From positions 86,898 to 150,897 of IMG/VR virus record IMGVR_UViG_3300005805_000047: a DNA stretch of 64,000 bases; one strand, given 5' to 3'. Made by a program: the position numbers and the translations under genes. Positions 39,604 to 50,242 of this stretch are shown in pieces. Below the pieces are notes generated by a model that saw nothing but the letters and a program-made list of their open reading frames with translations, ran no database searches and was not told the origin of the DNA. Numbering within the stretch: position 1 is the first letter of the stretch; each line of letters starts with the position of its first letter. Source of the DNA: a virus.

Positions 39604-40613
39604 TGGGCGCTGACCTCTTGTTTTCCATTAATGAACTCAAACTCTCGCGCGAGCAAGCCGAGGCAAATGCCAAGAAGATTGCCCAGGGGCCGCTTCGACA
39701 AGTTCTTGAAGATCTCGAGAACGGAGGCGGCGTAGGTCTTTTCAACGAGGTTGATGCAGAAAACGCAACCGACGAAGAGAGGGCAGAGATTGAAAAGTAC
39801 CTCAACAGTTGCATTGAAACCGTGTACGCATACGCTCAGCGCCGTGACTGCTCATACTTCGTCATTGACGACAATCGACTGTTCGCCATTACTGCTGGTA
39901 TGTCGTGGGGCGACCAGCCGACCGACGCATACGAGGCCTACAATGTCTGTGAAATTCTTTCTCTTACCGAGGAATTGCGATGATCGAATGGTCAGAGTTT
40001 TTTAAGCGACAGACACCGGAAGATCGCGAGATGAACCTTGCGCTTCATGTAGCACTTGATGCCCCCGGACTGTGGGACGAGCTCGTTCACATTACTGATC
40101 CCGAGATGGGATACAGCGACGAACTCAGGCTCGCTGCTGAATACATGATGTCCAGAACACCCAACGAGATAGAGCAAATCGGATGGCGAGTACTCGAGGA
40201 CGACAACCTATGGATAGCAATTAATCGCGCTGTTCGCTCTACGATTATTGAGGTTGCTACGGAACTCCAGGGGACTCCAACCCCAATGCCCGTAGTGGTA
40301 TCATCTGGTGATGGCAAAACGGAAGCCTGATACTGAAACGATAGAACTCACGTACGACGAGCTTGAGACGGCCCTGATTGCCCTCGCACTTCGACAAGAG
40401 GAACTCCGAGAAGTCCGATCACTCGAAAACAAAACAGAGCTCGAACATATCTGGAATATCACTGACCAGATGGATGTCGCTCAACGCAACCTTGAAAGAC
40501 GAATGACCCGGCAGGTTGAAGGATGGCTCGAATCAATGACCCAAGTGGAGTCCGTCCACTCACCGTCACGCGATGGGCTGCTGAGCCGCCTATCCAGGCT
40601 ACTCCGGCTGTAA
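39603..40613 (+). CDS. Three coupled hypothetical ORFs (39603-39983, 39980-40330, 40311-40613)
   Basis: Overlapping start/stop codons; acidic phage-like composition. Confidence 0.6.
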
Positions 40614-40653
40614 GCCTTTACCTAATGACGGTGGTGGATGACCACCGAGTGAG

Positions 40654-41100
40654 TTAGAGAACTTCCTTCGCCTTGATGCTGTCGGCCTGCTTACGCATCT
40701 TGACGTATTTGCGATAGTTGGCCTTTGCTTTGTTCGCCTCTTGTTCGACCCTCTGCGCCTTCTGAGCTCGCTGTTTGGCATTGTGTGCCTTCTCTACTGC
40801 TCGCTCCATAACGGATTCGCGCTTGCTGGCCTGACGAGCCACGTGGGCTTTGCGCCACTCAACCATCTCTGAGATGCTGTAAACGAAGCTCAGTCCACCA
40901 ACTCTGCCGCCGATAATGGCGACTGGTCGAGGTGGCTTGATCTTGCTTGTACGCATCGCATTGTTGAGACGCATAACTTTGGTCTTTGGGTTTCCGTGCA
41001 TCAACGTGCCGGCCATTTCGCCAACAGTTGCTGTACCTTTCGGATGATCGCCGTATTGGTAAACCGGCCACATCTCGAAGTTGGTAGTTTTCTTTTTCAT
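40654..41100 (-). CDS. Basic, possibly DNA-binding hypothetical protein
   Basis: GGAGG RBS; K/R-rich helical C-terminus. Confidence 0.6.
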   Translation of the reverse strand: MKKKTTNFEMWPVYQYGDHPKGTATVGEMAGTLMHGNPKTKVMRLNNAMRTSKIKPPRPVAIIGGRVGGLSFVYSISEMVEWRKAHVARQASKRESVMERAVEKAHNAKQRAQKAQRVEQEANKAKANYRKYVKMRKQADSIKAKEVL

Positions 41101-41155
41101 GTCATCCTCCTTTGGATAACTTAATCGTAGTGCCGGTGCTGGTGTTTCGCAACCC

Positions 41156-41623
41156 TTACCAGGACGAGTGGTACTCAAATTCCCACTCATCGGGCATGGC
41201 AAGGGCTTGATCCACGATTTCAATGGTCTCACTGATACCGTCGAAGTACCATTCGTCATACTCGGTACTGCCGAAAAAGAAACCTGCTTGGGTCGGGAGA
41301 AGGTCATCTGCCTTGCTTTTGTCGGCCAAAATCTCCTTGCAGATATCTCGCAAGTTCTCTAACTGTTCACGACCAACGTACGAGGTGCGGCAGTCATCCT
41401 CGCCGTTCTGGCAGTTGTCCACGAACCATTGGTGGATCGCGTTCTGCTTGCGCCAATAACCGACGCTGACTTCGAGGTAGATATGCGGTAGGTGTTGCTT
41501 GTCCAGAACTGCCGCAACGCCCGAAGCTTGCTTCAGTCGCTTAAATTCCTCTCTCGTCTCCTCTGGTCGCCATTCGGCGTCTGAGTGGAATTTCTTGGCT
41601 GACAAATACATGTCTAGACCCAT
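41156..41623 (-). CDS. Conserved phage protein (MGLDMYL...YWRK.N.IH.WF type)
   Basis: Characteristic motifs; GFFFGSTEYDEWY; AGGAG RBS. Confidence 0.78.
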   Translation of the reverse strand: MGLDMYLSAKKFHSDAEWRPEETREEFKRLKQASGVAAVLDKQHLPHIYLEVSVGYWRKQNAIHQWFVDNCQNGEDDCRTSYVGREQLENLRDICKEILADKSKADDLLPTQAGFFFGSTEYDEWYFDGISETIEIVDQALAMPDEWEFEYHSSW

Positions 41624-41690
41624 TGTGTATCGCTCCTTTGTTGTTTGTTGTTGGTATTGAGATAGTAGGGAACCATCATTCTCGAACGCG

Positions 41691-42083
41691 TTATTCTGCG
41701 TCCTCGTCCTCGTCCTCGTCCTCGTCTTGCCATCCCGCACCTTGCGAGATCAGATCGGTGAAGCCAGCATTTGGATCTTCCTCGTTGTGCCAGACTGCCT
41801 GGACGAAGCGAAGCGAGCATGAGCCATCCCACCATTCGCATAACTCCTCGTAGAGTTCATGGGGAGTCAAATGCTCGAGAACTTTGCCGTTGTCCATTTC
41901 ATCGACGGGCTGATAGTTCTTGCGAAAGAAGTCGGCCTCAGCCTCATCCATTGCGAGATAGATTTTGTGGCAACCGTCAAAGGCAATCAGAACAGCGTCC
42001 TTGATGTATTCTTGGACGGCATCCCAACCCGCATCGAGGTTGTCGGAATCGTGTGGTGCGTAATCGCTTTGTGTTTTGGTCAT
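41691..42083 (-). CDS. Hypothetical protein (FDGCHKIY type)
   Basis: Motif 33 nt upstream; acidic tail. Confidence 0.65.
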   Translation of the reverse strand: MTKTQSDYAPHDSDNLDAGWDAVQEYIKDAVLIAFDGCHKIYLAMDEAEADFFRKNYQPVDEMDNGKVLEHLTPHELYEELCEWWDGSCSLRFVQAVWHNEEDPNAGFTDLISQGAGWQDEDEDEDEDAE

Positions 42084-42378
42084 AGTCAAGTATTACTTCC
42101 CCTCATTTATCGGCGCGTCGCTTACAAGTGCCTTGAGTAGCTTTGCGATCTCTTCTGTGTTGAACTCTGACGTTGGCTGGTTGGCCAGTTTCCGGAGGTT
42201 GTCATTCCAGAACTGACTGCCGTCGATCAGGTCATCTGGTGCGCCAAAAAATGCTTCAGCTTCGCCACCAAACTCATCGGCGAGCAACAACTGTATGGCA
42301 TCAAAAATGTCCTCAGCTTCATGCTCGCTGTTCTCGTTGATGTAGATGGTGATAGGGAATTGGTTAGTGGTCATGCCT

Positions 42379-42756
42379 TTAGTATTCCTCATCCTCATCT
42401 TCTGACGCGTCGTCTTCGGGTTCGGTCATGCCACTGAAGTCCACGAACAGGCCCTCAACCGTGCCATCGTCGCCGATGATCTGGAACACGGGATAGCAGC
42501 CGTCGCCGTAGGCAGTTCGAGAAGCTACGCCTTGAGTGCCTGATCCGATCTCAGCACCACCATTTTCTCCAAGTGTTGCATTACACGCACCCTCGTATGA
42601 GTAGTCAAGTTTTGTGCCCTGCACACTGAAGTCGTTGGCCTTCCAGTCGCTGAGGTAGCACGGGTCGGTGACGATCACTTGCCCGGAATCTACGCCGACG
42701 TGGCCGATCAATCGAAGTGTCTGTTCTGATATGTCAATAGTTATTTTTTTGGTCAT
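42379..42756 (-). CDS. DUF4241-like protein
   Basis: GVDSGQ..V.DPCY...T.YGDG.YPV. Confidence 0.7.
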   Translation of the reverse strand: MTKKITIDISEQTLRLIGHVGVDSGQVIVTDPCYLSDWKANDFSVQGTKLDYSYEGACNATLGENGGAEIGSGTQGVASRTAYGDGCYPVFQIIGDDGTVEGLFVDFSGMTEPEDDASEDEDEEY

Positions 42757-42875
42757 ATTCCCACTATTACAAGCCATCATTCGTCGGCGCACACAAGTTA
42801 CTGCCTAGTAACCAAGCGACGCGCTCGCAGATGAGGGGTGGCAATACTGATAGGACTGACCCACAAGGAGGGCAA

Positions 42876-43169
42876 ATGAATATCAACATCACAGACATCA
42901 ACTCAGCCGCAGTTGCCTCATTGCGATATGAAGCACTTGACGCAAGGTACGACGATCTCGAAAAGGTCGGCACTCTGGTCGTCACGTTCAAGACGGGTGG
43001 CTCATACGCCTACCACGCAGTGTCGGTAGCCACCATCCGAGAAGTACTCGGAAGTTCGTCTATCGGCTCAGCAATCGCAAAGATCGTTCGTCCGGCCCAC
43101 GCCTTCACCAAGCTCGCTGAAGCAAAGGTTGAGGCAAGTGCGCCGACAGATGAAGTCGTGGCAAAGTAA
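42876..43169 (+). CDS. KTSC-domain protein (paralogue of 37472-37720)
   Basis: MNINIT.INSAAV.SLRYEA shared between the two copies. Confidence 0.75.
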   Translation: MNINITDINSAAVASLRYEALDARYDDLEKVGTLVVTFKTGGSYAYHAVSVATIREVLGSSSIGSAIAKIVRPAHAFTKLAEAKVEASAPTDEVVAK

Positions 43170-44214
43170 TGGTTATGACCAAGCGATACACCACCGACAA
43201 TTTCCGAGAGCCAACTCTCATTACTTGCGACTCAAACGTCGTATCGATCTCCTACGGCGATCTCACTGATACGAAGTGCGATGACCACTATCCATACGGC
43301 GCAATCAAAGTGTCGTATGAGTTCGAGTCAAAGCGTGGAAGCAAGTTGTTCATTGGCGAGACTGCCCATGACGATGCGCAACGCTGGCTGAATGACTCCA
43401 TCGGCTACCCCAACCCATTCGCCTACGAAGTTCACAAGGTGCTGAGATGAACCGTTGGACCGTTCAGTTCGTCGGCGACTACTTCACGCTGCAGACAAGT
43501 GTTGAAGCTGATGATGACGAACAAGCAATCGAAGAGGCAGTGACCTTGTTGCGCGATTACTACGGCTGGGACTTCGGATCCTTCAATGCCGAAGCCGATG
43601 CTGAATACGACATGGACGAGCACGTATGAGCGAGACTCGATTCTGCGACCAGGGTTGCGGCTACAAGCTCTTGCCGGAATACGGACCAGATGAGACGACG
43701 TGTGGAGCCTGCCTAGATGATCTTGAGGGCGGGTTCGGCAATGAGTCTGCCTGCGACAACTGCGGCGACGAGTGGGCCAAACTTGATGCTCGAAAACTCT
43801 GTGACGAGTGCGCAGAAGTAACAGATCAGATCAACGCGACGGGAGAAACAGCATGAACCTGACCAAAACCGATGGGTCACTAGCACCCACGCATCTCAGG
43901 GTGACTCGAACTTGGACCTATGACGTGAACGAAGCTGCTGAGGCATTGGCTGAGTTCACCGATGGCCAGATCACTTATGACGACGTCTACGAGCTCATTG
44001 CGAGCTGGGTGGCCGAGGATGTCCGGGAGCCAGTGGGCGAGAACCTGCCGGCAATCGAGGAAATCTACGAAGTGACGGAAGTCACAACTTAGAAACTGAC
44101 CGAGCCGATGTCACACCAGGCAACTAATAAGGAATACCGAAGTTAATGACGGTGGAGGATGACAACTCCCCCGTTACCATAAACGAAGAAACCAACGACC
44201 TTAGGAGGGTCACT

Positions 44215-45087
44215 ATGAGCACCAAAAACCCTGAACAAATAACACTTCCATTCGAACGGATGGCCAAAGAACCCACTGCGGTTTTCGTGGACATAACTCC
44301 GAAAATCGCAGAGGCGATGCTGGAGTTCAATACGAACAACCGATCGTTGCGTCGTCACCGAGTATCCGTGCTGGCAACAGAGATGTCGCGCAAGCAATGG
44401 CTCACCACTGGTGAGGCAATCAAGTTTGATGTCAAGGGGCGACTGTTGGACGGTCAGCATCGACTTGAGGGATGTATTGCTGCGAAGCTGACGCTGAAGC
44501 AACAGCTCATAGTTACTGGCCTTCCAGAAAAGTCATTCGCAGTTCTTGATACAGGAATGAAGCGAACACCGAAAGACACTCTTGCTGTCGCTGGCATCGC
44601 AAATGGTTCCTCGATTGCTCCAGTTGCTCGCTTGCTACAACTCATTGAAGCTGGACTTGATCCATACGATACTTCCAGTGGGAAACTTGTAACTCGCCAA
44701 GACGTAGTGCGTTTCGCACAAGAGAACATCGTCGAGCTTGATTGGGCAACTCGTTTGTCTCGCACCGTCTACTCCGGAGCAGGAATCGGAAACATGACTG
44801 CATTGATTTCAGTGGCAATGTCAGCGATTGCCAAAGGCCACGATCGAAGCAGAGTGGAAGAGTTCTTTTCCTCACTCGCAAGTGGCGAACGACTCGCAGC
44901 AACTTCACCGATTCTCGCACTTCGCACTTGGATGATCAAGAGTGGTCGCGATGTTCAGCGCAACGCAGCACCAACTCACTACTGCAACTACGTCGTAGCA
45001 TTCAACTCGTGGATCGCTGGGAAAGTGGTGCGTCGTCACTCGTTCATCACACGCGAGCAAGGAGTTCCCGAGCTCACTTCGGTGTAG
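44215..45087 (+). CDS. ParB-N-like (DGQHR) domain protein
   Basis: A.AML..N..NR, GRLLDGQHRL, D.G.KRT; AGGAGG RBS. Confidence 0.78.
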   Translation: MSTKNPEQITLPFERMAKEPTAVFVDITPKIAEAMLEFNTNNRSLRRHRVSVLATEMSRKQWLTTGEAIKFDVKGRLLDGQHRLEGCIAAKLTLKQQLIVTGLPEKSFAVLDTGMKRTPKDTLAVAGIANGSSIAPVARLLQLIEAGLDPYDTSSGKLVTRQDVVRFAQENIVELDWATRLSRTVYSGAGIGNMTALISVAMSAIAKGHDRSRVEEFFSSLASGERLAATSPILALRTWMIKSGRDVQRNAAPTHYCNYVVAFNSWIAGKVVRRHSFITREQGVPELTSV

Positions 45088-45155
45088 ATGCGCCGAAGGA
45101 TTCTGGTCCGTAAGGATTGGTAACAACAACACACCTAACGCCTAAAGGAGGCACA

Positions 45156-45695
45156 ATGGGTTACTACGTCAATACCGAAGACATCAACATAACTGTCCCC
45201 AAGGACTTGCTCGAGCCTGCCTATCAAGCAGTCATCGAGATGAACAAAAACGATGACCTCAAGCGCGGCGGTTCGTATGGACCTGGCGACAAGCGCGAGT
45301 TCTGGTTCTCGTGGATGCCACAGGACTTGTCCACACTCACCGATCTGCAGGACGTTCTAACGTCGCTTGGGTTTGAGGACACTGACTACAACGAAGCAGG
45401 CGACCTCGTGCTTGGGCACTACAACAACAAGTCCGGACAAGAGGATCTTTTCCTTGATGTCATCGCACCATTCGTTCAGAGTGGTTCGTATGCAATCTGG
45501 AAGGGCGAAGACGGCGAGTTCTACAAGTGGGATTTCAGTGATGGCAAGATGCTCGTCATTCCCGGCGAAGTAGAAATTACTTGGCACACTGAGAGTGGAT
45601 ACTCAGCACTCGATTCCTGGAAGCGATCGCAGGAAATGATGGCAGAGCTCACACGTGCCATGAGCGAAAAGAAGGCAGAGGATTCCAATGCCTAA
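45156..45695 (+). CDS. Conserved phage hypothetical protein
   Basis: MGYY start, AGGAGG RBS, W.GEDG. Confidence 0.7.
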   Translation: MGYYVNTEDINITVPKDLLEPAYQAVIEMNKNDDLKRGGSYGPGDKREFWFSWMPQDLSTLTDLQDVLTSLGFEDTDYNEAGDLVLGHYNNKSGQEDLFLDVIAPFVQSGSYAIWKGEDGEFYKWDFSDGKMLVIPGEVEITWHTESGYSALDSWKRSQEMMAELTRAMSEKKAEDSNA

Positions 45696-46293
45696 CTGGT
45701 GCAACAACAACATGAGTATTCATGGGCCAGAGGCTCAGGTTCGCGCGATAGTGGATTCAGTTCGACCGGGCGACGACAACAAAGAGCTCGGTCTCTCCAC
45801 CTTTATGCCACAGCCAAAGGATGAGTCCGGTGAGCTGATCGGTGGAGTCTCATGGCAATACGACACATGGGGAACCAAGTGGGGCGACTGCGACACAGAG
45901 ATAGCTTACGAAGATTACAACGGAGACAACTCAACAGCAGCACTCAACTACACGACTGCATGGGGACCAATGAGTGGACTCGTCAAAGAAATCTCTCGCC
46001 TGCACCCAGACGTATTGATTGACATTGAGTATGAGGAACCGGGAATGAACTTCTTCGGTGTTGAGCAATACAAGGCCGGCGAAGTTACGCACGATAAACA
46101 CCATGAGTATGACTTCGGATCCGGAAAGATCACACTCGAGGACGGTTGGGAAATGAACTTTGATACCGACCTTGACGATCCCGATCAGGACCCGTTCGGC
46201 ACCCTCAATGACGCAATCTATGCAGCCATGGAGCACCTATGGACGAACAAGGCCCTGACCGGAGCCGACGCGCCGAAGGATTCCAGCGAGTAA
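45688..46293 (+). CDS. DUF1281/YubB-like protein (second copy)
   Basis: MPNWC, WGTKWG, TAWGP, YEEPG..F.G. Confidence 0.78.
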   Translation: MPNWCNNNMSIHGPEAQVRAIVDSVRPGDDNKELGLSTFMPQPKDESGELIGGVSWQYDTWGTKWGDCDTEIAYEDYNGDNSTAALNYTTAWGPMSGLVKEISRLHPDVLIDIEYEEPGMNFFGVEQYKAGEVTHDKHHEYDFGSGKITLEDGWEMNFDTDLDDPDQDPFGTLNDAIYAAMEHLWTNKALTGADAPKDSSE

Positions 46294-46335
46294 TACTGAT
46301 AAGGCAATACAACTACTACACCAACAAGGAGCGAC

Positions 46336-47064
46336 ATGACCACATCAACCACAACCGCACTCCCCGAGTGCTGGCAGACCGTCGAGGAGTGCCTCAACGC
46401 AGGCATTGACCGACTCATTCTGTTCGGGCCTCCGGGGCTCGGCAAGACCTACGCTGGACTCGCCTACGGCGATGTTCAGGCAGGAGCCTTCCGTCTTATT
46501 TGCACGGAAGACATGACAACCGCTGACGTTACTGGATGCTTCGTACCAAATGAAAAGGGTACGTTCACTTGGAACTACGGTTCGGCACTCAAAGCTTGGC
46601 AAGGCAATGGCAAAGTCGGTGGTCGTCTCGTAGTGGACGAAATCGACAAAGCTGGTGGCGATGTCGCTGCGACCTTGCTCGCCATGCTGGACACTCCAGA
46701 GTCAGCATCGTGGACTCACCCGACAACTGGTGAGGTAGTTCGTCCGCTCGCTGGGTTCAGCGCAGTGATGACGACCAACCTTGAGCAGATGGAAGAGTTG
46801 CCAACAGCACTCGCCGATCGATTCCCGGTTCGTGTGCGAATCAACGCACCACATCCCGATGCTCTCAAGCGACTCTCGCCTGACTTGCACAAGTATGCAG
46901 TGCGTATGGCCGATGCTGGTGAGCGACGCATTTCGTTGCGAGCGTTCTACGACTTCGATCGACTTCGTACTGAACTCGGCGACAAGAAAGCAGCGAGCAT
47001 CATTTTCCGTGATCGCTCAAGCGACTTGCTTGATGCCATCGCAGTGGACGGAGTCTCGGTATGA
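46336..47064 (+). CDS. MoxR/CbbQ-like AAA+ ATPase
   Basis: GPPGLGKT, LVVDEID, TTN, ALADRF. Confidence 0.88.
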   Translation: MTTSTTTALPECWQTVEECLNAGIDRLILFGPPGLGKTYAGLAYGDVQAGAFRLICTEDMTTADVTGCFVPNEKGTFTWNYGSALKAWQGNGKVGGRLVVDEIDKAGGDVAATLLAMLDTPESASWTHPTTGEVVRPLAGFSAVMTTNLEQMEELPTALADRFPVRVRINAPHPDALKRLSPDLHKYAVRMADAGERRISLRAFYDFDRLRTELGDKKAASIIFRDRSSDLLDAIAVDGVSV

Positions 47065-48536
47065 CCAAGACCAAAGAACGCACTCGCTCACCACAACCCG
47101 AGATGATCGGTCGTGGTGATCACGAACACGGTCGCTGGACAGTCGGCGACTCACCAGCGGCCCGAGGGATTCCTCACACTGACTTGCACAACCGAAAGAT
47201 GGTCGCACCTCACGGTGAGGACGAACTTGATCGTGTTATTCGTGGACACGAAATGATGCATGCCAAAGTGTCGCCAACTCCCGGCGAAATGATGGCATGG
47301 GTTGGTCGTGAGATAGCAACGCAAGGTTCGCTTGTCGCAGTTGAGGAAGCTCGCGTCAACACTTTGTGCACCCAAGTCGGAATTCCGGTGGACAAGTATC
47401 TGACTGACGGAACCGAAAAGGCAGGTGGAAAGAAACTTGCTGAGCAGGGCGATCTTCGAGGACTAGTTCACGGAGCAGTCGCTTGTGCAGGAACCATTGG
47501 TGGCAACGAGTTCATCAAGGGCGTCAAGTCCGAGAACAAGGCTCTTGCCAAAGTGCTTGCCAGCATTCAAAAGCAAGTGATGAAGCACCTCAACGGTGTG
47601 TACAAGGGCCAGCTCGCCGAGACAGCAAAAGATGGCGAACTAAGCAATGGATTCAGCCACGTTGAACGCATCGCCGAATGGGTTGATCAACTCATCGGCG
47701 AAATGGAAGACGAGCAGAAGCGTCTTGAGGAAGAGGCCAAGAGCAAGAGCGATGACGATTCTCGCGGCGACACAACCGATGATGAGTCAAGCGATGATGA
47801 GTCAGAGGAAACTGAAGCACCCAAGAAGCCGACCTCGAAAAAGCCCGAGTCAAAACCAGAACCGAGCGATCCGACAAAGAAGCGACGTGGGCCAACCAGC
47901 CACAAGATTCCAGCATGGGGCAAACTTCGTGTTGAGCGACTGCCGATGCCCGATGCTACTCGCGGCAACCTCGGTCGCAAGCGAGTCGCAAGCGACACTG
48001 GCAAGAACCCTCGCCGAATGCACCGATACCTCACCGACCGAAAGGTGTTTGATCGCACCAGTCGCGGTATGGGTGGAGTGGTGTTGATCGACGCAAGCGG
48101 TTCTATGCAGTTTGGACACAACGACATTCGTGAGATCGTTGAGTCAGCACCGGGTTGCACCGTTGCGATGTACACGTGGACCAGTGAGAGCAAACCAAAC
48201 TTGTGGATACTCGCTGAACGTGGTCGTATCTGCAAGGCCAGCGAGATGCCACAACATCGTTGCGGAAATGTCGTGGACCTACCAGCACTCAAATGGGCAG
48301 TCTCAAAGCGTCAGCGATCGACTGCACCAGTTATTTGGGTGAGCGATGGTGGGGTTACTGGCGAGAACGACAATGCTCACCCTGCACTCTCTCGCCAAGT
48401 GGTGCGATTCATTCAGCACCAGCGAGTGATAACAGTTCCCGATGTGAAGCGAGCGAAAGATTTGCTCGCCAAGCTCAGGAGCGGAGCGACTGCGACAGTG
48501 GAGATACCAGAGTATCTCCGATATCGCGCTTCGTGA
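47061..48536 (+). CDS. Metallopeptidase-like + VWA (MIDAS) partner protein
   Basis: HEMMH...EE.R, acidic linker, DASGSM, WVSDG. Confidence 0.8.
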   Translation: MTKTKERTRSPQPEMIGRGDHEHGRWTVGDSPAARGIPHTDLHNRKMVAPHGEDELDRVIRGHEMMHAKVSPTPGEMMAWVGREIATQGSLVAVEEARVNTLCTQVGIPVDKYLTDGTEKAGGKKLAEQGDLRGLVHGAVACAGTIGGNEFIKGVKSENKALAKVLASIQKQVMKHLNGVYKGQLAETAKDGELSNGFSHVERIAEWVDQLIGEMEDEQKRLEEEAKSKSDDDSRGDTTDDESSDDESEETEAPKKPTSKKPESKPEPSDPTKKRRGPTSHKIPAWGKLRVERLPMPDATRGNLGRKRVASDTGKNPRRMHRYLTDRKVFDRTSRGMGGVVLIDASGSMQFGHNDIREIVESAPGCTVAMYTWTSESKPNLWILAERGRICKASEMPQHRCGNVVDLPALKWAVSKRQRSTAPVIWVSDGGVTGENDNAHPALSRQVVRFIQHQRVITVPDVKRAKDLLAKLRSGATATVEIPEYLRYRAS

Positions 48537-48540
48537 TCAT

Positions 48541-48581
48541 GGGCCTGCCGGTGTTTGGGTCGCTCCTTCATCGGCAGGCTC
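48541..48581 (+). terminator. Hairpin after the VWA gene
   Basis: GGGCCTGCCGGTG...CATCGGCAGGCTC inverted repeat; no U-tract. Confidence 0.45.
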
Positions 48582-50242
48582 GCCATGCGTCAACGAATGA
48601 CGTAGGGATAGGTTCTACTATCAAAGTCTCGAAAGGACAAACATGACAACAGTACGACAGCTAATAGATTCATTAATGAAGTGTGAGGACTTGGACTCCC
48701 CAGTCATCTACGAGTACTACCTGAAGGATCACTTCGAGCACACTGGTGTTGATGACGAACAATGGGCCGCAGTCGTGGACCAGCTTGACAACATCCTCAC
48801 CGACGACGATGCTTACTCAATGGTCGTCGAAGCGATCAAGGGCGCACAGCTGAAGCCGGCCATGGTGGTCTACGATCTCGTGGACGACACAAAGTCAAAG
48901 GAGACACAATGACATTCGGAGATCCAGGAAGAGCCGGTAAGCGACTTGGCACAGGCGTACAGAGAGTCGATACCAATACGACGGTATACCTCGCCAGCGA
49001 TGACGTGGTCGAACTTATAGAGCGAGTGGATGGCTATCTAGGTGATACGACGTGGAGAATAGTCACGCTGGATCGAACTAACGACGGACAGTTCTACGCG
49101 TTCCTAACGCGGTTCTAGTCCCTGTTACGCAACCACATGCGCCAGGCAACAGCAATCAGGCCGAGACCGGCTGAGTCTCTCCATTCGAGAGTCCAAGTTA
49201 TTGCCCCGGCGTTATTGAGTATGCGCGTAGCAGCCCAGATCATGAAAGCATGGGCAATTGCAGTAGTTGCAAAAGCAAAAAGTATTGCCACGTATCGTGA
49301 GCGCCGCTTCGAGTTTTCATTCAGTTCTGGCATAGAACAAACATGGCTCCTTGTGGTGCGTAAAAGAATATCAACCTGGTTCAGGGTATCATTTATTGAC
49401 GGTGGAGGAAGACTTGTGGAATACGAAAACGATGTGTTCAAGAAGTTCGATGAGGCAGTAAACGACTCGAACCAGAACGATGACGATCCCACCATGCTGT
49501 TCATCGCCACCGACGGTCGCCGAGTCTATAAGGCTTTTACCGGGTCTGAATCAGCTGTCGGTCAGGAATCACCGGTGTTCTCCAGGGGATTTGACGACGA
49601 TGTGTTTATCGGAATCTGGTCTCACCAGTGGTTAAAGAACATCATTGAAGGTCTCGAACGTAAGCCAGATCCAAACGACGGCTGGTCCGAATTAATGGAG
49701 CAGATGGTTGTGGCTATTGCAGAGTATGCCGATCAAGAGTCACCCCCCGCGGCCAGGAGCTGTTGAGCCGCGCCACCACACCGACCGACTTCGTGCTTCA
49801 ACCGACCCACGGGGGGCACACAGATTGTCCCACAGCAAACCCAAACCCGGCGAAAGAAACTGGGTGTTTCCAGGCAAACGACGGTCTCAAAGTCATATTT
49901 TTAATGACGGTGGAGGATGACCCGGCAAAACGGTATTGTGACTCTGCGACACATGACTCTAAGTCATTGAAAAAAGATGCGTAATCGCAGCGTTAGGTGC
50001 TTGCATCCCATCAATGCGACCGCTAGGTTCTTCCTCGATAACGAAGTGGCGCCACAACCACTAGCTAAACTCGTCCCCACTTAGGGTGGGTTGGCCGGGC
50101 CCTTGCAAAAAACCGGTAATCGCCGGGTAAAGGTTCCCCCAAACCCCCTCCAAAGAGATTCCAGTATGATGGTTTTTCAGATTGGTTTCTCGTTGTTTGA
50201 AGGATGTGATTGACGGTGGTGGATGAAAATCAGGAGGATTCA

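Larger units (their letters stand above)
17570..48620. promoter_or_regulatory. Dispersed family of about 40 phage promoter-like elements GCGCCG-N4-ATGA-N8-(C/T)ANNNT
   Basis: Read directly upstream of many accessory genes on both strands; 33-35 nt from motif start to ATG in leaderless cases. Confidence 0.88.

Noticed and set aside
41697-41727. (TCCTCG)n microsatellite
   Set aside because: It encodes the DEDEDE acidic tail of the 41691-42083 gene.
42379-42792. Upstream starts of the MRRRM/MMKG type given by the ORF track for many accessory genes
   Set aside because: These starts come from the promoter motif itself (GTGCGCCG, ATGA); the phased ATG about 34 nt downstream is more consistent.
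17570-48620. GCGCCG..ATGA repeats as a CRISPR array or integron attC sites
   Set aside because: Copies are degenerate, non-palindromic, on both strands, separated by whole genes and phased to start codons; no cas gene or integrase is present.
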